A stretch of DNA of 64,000 nucleotides from an uncultured Nitrosopumilaceae archaeon (GTDB lineage: Archaea; Thermoproteota; Nitrososphaeria; Nitrososphaerales; Nitrosopumilaceae), in the NCBI GenBank assembly GCA_964462165.1, contig CAYWWR010000001.1, forward strand, positions 1,881 through 65,880, read 5' to 3'. Every line of letters starts with the position of its first letter. Position 1 is the first letter of the stretch. Made by a program: the position numbers and the translations under genes. The notes beneath the pieces are model-generated. The model saw only the letters and a program-made list of their open reading frames with translations. It was not told where the DNA came from and searched no databases. Positions 59,457 through 64,000 of the stretch are shown here, one piece after another.

Positions 59457-62446
59457 ATCCTATTTTTTGCAAGTGTAATTATCTTGTCAGTCATTGGCAT
59501 GATATCATCCTCGGAGAATCCATTTTTGCTCAATTCGTCATAAATCATCTCCTTTAGTTTTCTCTCAGAACTTGCTTTGTTTTTCCAATCAACAATTTTT
59601 GTTTCTGGAAATATCTTTGCAAAAACATCTTTTGTAAGTTTGATGGATTCATCTCTTTTTTTACTGATTTCATACAGTTCACTATACAATGAGAACTCAA
59701 ATGGTGCCGCTTGGTAATCCCCAAAGACCTTCTTTCGTTCCTCTTCCTCATGAATTGCCTCATCGTAAATTTCTTCATATCTTGCAGATGCAGTAAAGTA
59801 TAGTGCATTCTTTCTTCTGCGTTCTTCCTCTTCATGGATTAGTTTTTCCAGTCTTTCACGTAGTTTTTCATAGTAGATAGGATTGTTGGACTTGAACTCT
59901 TCTATAACCTGAATTGCCTTGTTTTTGATAAGAGCAGCCTTTGCCTTGTCACTTTTGAACTTGCCCTTGACAAAAGCAAGAAAGTTCTCGTATGTTATCT
60001 CCATTGGATTTACAAGTTCTGAGACATTGAGGGAACGGATGTGATCATCGATTAATTTCTGGATCTTTCCTGCATATGGCCTTGTGCTTGGCTTGATTCC
60101 CTCGTAATATGTACGAATTTTCTGTCGTACTTCAGATAAAAATTTGAAATCATCAATGTATGGGTCTGATTCTTTTGAGGGCATTACGGCATCCAATGCC
60201 TTTGAAAACATTTTGAAATCATAATCAAACTTGTCACGCAGGTCTATTGGCTCAAACTTTTCAATGATTTGCTCTGTATCTTTTCTGTTTGTTGCTGTAA
60301 AGTATGACATTGTATTTGCATGTCTTATTTTTAGATCTGCAATGATTCCATCCATAGGTTCTAATGCGCCATCAATGTCTTGTTCTTCAAACATCTCTAG
60401 TGCATCATGTAGCTCCTTTGTGATACCAGAATAGTCAATTATCAGACCAATAGTCTTTGTCTCTTTGTAAGGTCTGTTGACTCGTGCAATGGCTTGAAGA
60501 AGACTGTGTTCTCGTAGGCCATGGTCAAGATACATTACCTGAACTATTGGAGCGTCATACCCTACAAGTAGCATATCAACAACGATCAGTATTTTTGTTG
60601 GATCTTTTGGATCCTTGAATTTTTCTGTTTCTTGATCTCTCTGTTCTGGAGATAGGTAATACGGATCCCAACTCTTACCATCTTTTCCTGTTTCTCCAAG
60701 ACTTGATGTCATGATGATTTTAGATGGCGGCGCACCAAGAAAGTCAAGCTCTTGTTTGTACAACACTGCAGCTTCCCTGGATGTAGCAACAAGCATTGCC
60801 TTGTATCCGTCAAGTTCCACATGATTACGATAATGATTTACCAAGTCAAGTGCGATGCGCTTGATTCTGGACGGGGCTTCAGCAATCTTTCCCTTGGTCA
60901 CATATTGTTTCTTGAGTCTTGTTTTCATGTCAGAGTCAAGATCCGAGAAGACTCGTTCAAAGATCTCATCAATAGTATCACCCCCTTCTACAAAGAGTTC
61001 AGGCAATCTTCCCTTGTACATGATTGGCAGTGTTGCACCATCTTCTTGGGATTCTTTGAATCCATACTTGTCAATTAAAGGACCAAATACACGATAGTCA
61101 CTCTTTTCTTTTTTATCAATAGGAGTGCCCGTAAAGGCAAAAAATACTGCATTAGGCATCGATGTCCTCATCTGGGTTGCATTGAACTTGAACTGACCTC
61201 TATGTGCCTCATCTACTAGTACAATGACTTTTTCTTTTGTATGAACTGGAGTGTCTGTTGAAAACTTGTCAATGATTGTCATGATTGTTTTTCCCCGCGG
61301 ATTTGAGAGTAGTTCTGCAAGGTGCTTTCCATTCTTTGCCCGAATTGGGTCAGGAAATCCAGCAGTCTTGAAGGTATCATGGATTTGCTTGTCTAGTTGT
61401 TTTCTGTCAGTTACTATCAGAATCGGAGGATTTCCAAACTTGTACATTAGCTGAGTTGCAAGCCACAACATGGAGTATGATTTTCCAGAACCTTGTGTAT
61501 GCCAGACAACTCCACCCTTATCTGCAATCTCTTCTTCAAGATGTAATCGAGAGACTGATTTTGTAACAACTCGGTATTGTTGGTGCTTGGCAATTTTTTT
61601 TATCTTTTTGTTACTTTGTATGTCATATATGACAAAATGTTGTAGCTGATCCAAAAGATTTCTTTTTGATAACATTCCTGCAATTAGGATCTCTTGTTCT
61701 CTTGCTTTGCCATTTAATTTCTTGACATCTTCTTTTGTCATTGGATAAGGGTCTGCCCATCTTGCAAATTGGTTTACATCTGATTCCAGTGTACCGTGTC
61801 TTGCTAAAATTCCACATGTTGCAATCAAACAGTGGTTGTAGAAAAATAATTTTTCATAGCCAAGACCGGGAGTCTGATAATGCTTAAAATTTTTTCTTTC
61901 TACTGCTTCACCTATTGGGTCAGGTATTGCAGGAGACTTGCATTCTATTACAACAAGAGGAATTCCATTTACAAATACCACAATATCAGGAAGTATTGGA
62001 TCCTTGTAGCCTTCAAGCCGAAACTGGTTTGTTACTAGAAAGTCATTGTTTTCTGGATTTGCAAAGTCGATTATTTTTACTGTCTTTTGTTCTGGACCAC
62101 TTCCAAAGTTTTGCGTTACAACTATGGGTTCAAGCCCGCTTGATTTTGACAGTTCTACCAGTTTTGCACGAACCTTTTCGTTTGTATCTACTGTAGGAAG
62201 TGAATATGGATAGGAATCCTCATGGATTTGACCCAATGCATCATGAATACCGTCCTCGTCAAGTTCAGGATTTAGGCGCCTTATCGCCTCTTCAATTCTT
62301 TTGTAGAGTAAGACCTGTCGATAGTCTTGTCTCTCCTTGTTAAGGTCAGCCCGGCTCTTGTATGTATATCCCATAGCAACTAGCTGTTCTAGCGCTGGAA
62401 GCTCAGATTCTGTTACCTCATCACCTGTTCCTACCTTGAAGCTCAA
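59453..62446 (-). CDS. hsdR: Type I restriction enzyme R subunit
   Basis: PD..VNGIPLVVIECK, HTQGSGKS, DEAHR, FTGTP, LLVGYDAP, QAIARVNR. Confidence 0.96.
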   Translation of the reverse strand: MSFKVGTGDEVTESELPALEQLVAMGYTYKSRADLNKERQDYRQVLLYKRIEEAIRRLNPELDEDGIHDALGQIHEDSYPYSLPTVDTNEKVRAKLVELSKSSGLEPIVVTQNFGSGPEQKTVKIIDFANPENNDFLVTNQFRLEGYKDPILPDIVVFVNGIPLVVIECKSPAIPDPIGEAVERKNFKHYQTPGLGYEKLFFYNHCLIATCGILARHGTLESDVNQFARWADPYPMTKEDVKKLNGKAREQEILIAGMLSKRNLLDQLQHFVIYDIQSNKKIKKIAKHQQYRVVTKSVSRLHLEEEIADKGGVVWHTQGSGKSYSMLWLATQLMYKFGNPPILIVTDRKQLDKQIHDTFKTAGFPDPIRAKNGKHLAELLSNPRGKTIMTIIDKFSTDTPVHTKEKVIVLVDEAHRGQFKFNATQMRTSMPNAVFFAFTGTPIDKKEKSDYRVFGPLIDKYGFKESQEDGATLPIMYKGRLPELFVEGGDTIDEIFERVFSDLDSDMKTRLKKQYVTKGKIAEAPSRIKRIALDLVNHYRNHVELDGYKAMLVATSREAAVLYKQELDFLGAPPSKIIMTSSLGETGKDGKSWDPYYLSPEQRDQETEKFKDPKDPTKILIVVDMLLVGYDAPIVQVMYLDHGLREHSLLQAIARVNRPYKETKTIGLIIDYSGITKELHDALEMFEEQDIDGALEPMDGIIADLKIRHANTMSYFTATNRKDTEQIIEKFEPIDLRDKFDYDFKMFSKALDAVMPSKESDPYIDDFKFLSEVRQKIRTYYEGIKPSTRPYAGKIQKLIDDHIRSLNVSELVNPMEITYENFLAFVKGKFKSDKAKAALIKNKAIQVIEEFKSNNPIYYEKLRERLEKLIHEEEERRRKNALYFTASARYEEIYDEAIHEEEERKKVFGDYQAAPFEFSLYSELYEISKKRDESIKLTKDVFAKIFPETKIVDWKNKASSERKLKEMIYDELSKNGFSEDDIMPMTDKIITLAKNRI

Positions 62447-63747
62447 ATCTTCACCCTGATCTGTCCAGTGAGAAGTTTTTGCATTAATCCTTTTTTGAGA
62501 ATTTCAAATTCAGATTTTTTCTTTATTAGTTTTTCTAGGATTAAATCTACATTATTAAAAATTCCCGCAATTTTTTTTTGTTCTGTTAATGACGGTTTTA
62601 GAATTTTTATCTTGCGCAGATTGTGAAGAGTAATTTCTGCAAATGTTGTTCCTTTGATTACTTCACGTATTTGTTTTTGTACATAAACACTTCTTAAAAC
62701 ATTTAACAAATAACGATTATTGAATTCAGCATTAGGAGAAATTCGAGCTGTTCCTTGGGTTAAATTGGCGCCATCTAATTCGAGTGGAACTTCCAAGACT
62801 TTACCAACTGTGGCTCTAATCGCAAAAACCAGTTCGCCTGTTTTTACTTCCGAACGTTTGTATTTTGATACAATTTCTTTGGAGGTACATAACATTCCAA
62901 TCTTTGATAATCGATCATTTTTCATATCGCCAGTTCTAATGTAAGGAATGCCATTTTCAATATGTGGTCCAGCTTGAACTATTCCGTATGTGATAGGATT
63001 GTTAGGATGTATACAGTTTTCTAATAACACGATTTTCCACTCCTCAGGAATTTCTCCTAACTTTGTTTTCTTGAATGTAGTATGTCCAATTCCTTTTGTA
63101 AGTAATTTCTGCATCAAACCTTTCTTGAGCCTTTGAGTTTGTTCTATTTCCTTTTGCGTTTGTTGTATAAGATAATCAATGTTTGAGAGAATTGAAGCAA
63201 TTTTTTGTTGTTCATGTTTAGGAAGTAAAATAAATTCAAAATTTTCAATTTGTTTCTGACTAATATGCGGAATTGCAGCATTTGTCTTTACGGAGTTAAC
63301 ATAATCAATAAAATCTGGGCTACCAAAAATATATCCAAGATATTGTTGAGTTAAAGTCTCTTTTGTTCTCAACCGTGCAACTCTCTGTAACAATAGAGAT
63401 GGTACATCATTCCTTGTAATATAGGCATAATTTTTTCCAACTTTTGATCCATCCATACTAATGACAAAATCATTTTCATATAGAAGATATTTTTCTAATC
63501 CAGAACTATTTTTCCAAAATCTTGTTTTATCTTCCCAACGAATTCGACCTTCTGTTACATTATCCCCTCGTACAAGTTTGATATCATCAGGATTATCAGA
63601 ATATTCAGAACTAGGAAATGAATATCCCACTAAAATTTCAACGTGTTTTTTCACTTTGTCTACATTCCAATCAGATGGAATCTCAAGGTATTTTCTAAAA
63701 TTAGTTTTTACAATTTTGTAACCTTGTTTCGGTTTTTGAACTTGCAT
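62443..63747 (-). CDS. hsdS: Type I R-M specificity subunit
   Basis: Two TRDs, each followed by EQxKIA...KKGLMQKLLT. Confidence 0.95.
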   Translation of the reverse strand: MQVQKPKQGYKIVKTNFRKYLEIPSDWNVDKVKKHVEILVGYSFPSSEYSDNPDDIKLVRGDNVTEGRIRWEDKTRFWKNSSGLEKYLLYENDFVISMDGSKVGKNYAYITRNDVPSLLLQRVARLRTKETLTQQYLGYIFGSPDFIDYVNSVKTNAAIPHISQKQIENFEFILLPKHEQQKIASILSNIDYLIQQTQKEIEQTQRLKKGLMQKLLTKGIGHTTFKKTKLGEIPEEWKIVLLENCIHPNNPITYGIVQAGPHIENGIPYIRTGDMKNDRLSKIGMLCTSKEIVSKYKRSEVKTGELVFAIRATVGKVLEVPLELDGANLTQGTARISPNAEFNNRYLLNVLRSVYVQKQIREVIKGTTFAEITLHNLRKIKILKPSLTEQKKIAGIFNNVDLILEKLIKKKSEFEILKKGLMQKLLTGQIRVKI

Positions 63748-63751
63748 TATC

Positions 63752-64000
63752 CTAAACCTTGATTCCCAATTCTTTCAAATCTTTTTTTACTTTTTCTTCG
63801 ATCTCTTCTTTTTCTTTCTCTAGTTTCTTTAATTCATTAACCGTATCCTGAATGTCAATTTTCTTTTCAGGTTCTGAAATGTCTACATATCTTGGAACAT
63901 TAAGGTTGAATTCATTTTCTTGTAATTCATCATGCTCTGCAACATGACAGAATCTATCAATGTCTTGAAATTCCTCAAATGCAGATACTATTTTTTCAAT
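63752..64000 (-). CDS. hsdM: Type I R-M methyltransferase, C-terminal part (5' end outside the window)
   Basis: IEKIVSAF..ENEFNLNVPRYVD..LKELG, stop at 63752, just upstream of hsdS. Confidence 0.88.
   Translation of the reverse strand: MEKIVSAFEEFQDIDRFCHVAEHDELQENEFNLNVPRYVDISEPEKKIDIQDTVNELKKLEKEKEEIEEKVKKDLKELGIKV

Overview
AT-rich archaeal DNA, most consistent with an ammonia-oxidising thaumarchaeon (Nitrosotalea-like; inferred from archaeal FEN1, an intron-containing tRNA-Ser, Cdc6/Orc1, PEF-type sorting tails and a DUF6659-like protein). Four zones are visible. (1) 1-13.4 kb: a >1890-aa LamG/repeat surface protein missed by the ORF track, a two-component module with a matrixin, a KTSC protein and an S53 peptidase. 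(2) 13.4-15.1 kb: core genes tRNA-Ser(CGA) and fen. (3) 15.1-43 kb: an accessory region starting at the fen stop codon. The fen 3' end recurs twice downstream, bracketing inserted units, one of them an MNT-HEPN toxin-antitoxin pair. A long array of secreted proteins follows, sharing an MKxLHL leader, a promoter block, PEF tails and shuffled domains. Also present are arsC-aquaporin, a solo Cas4-like gene and two divergent wHTH/nucleotidyltransferase pairs around a 21-bp palindromic tandem array. (4) 43-64 kb: a Cdc6-bearing defence island with a degenerate IS6-like domain, an unnamed SNF2/Zn-array/Mrr-like/coiled-coil operon, Mrr, a Lamassu-like small protein/Rad50-type ATPase/PD-(D/E)xK trio, a UvrD-nuclease fusion and a Type I R-M system. 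All family calls come from motif recognition by eye; no searches were run.
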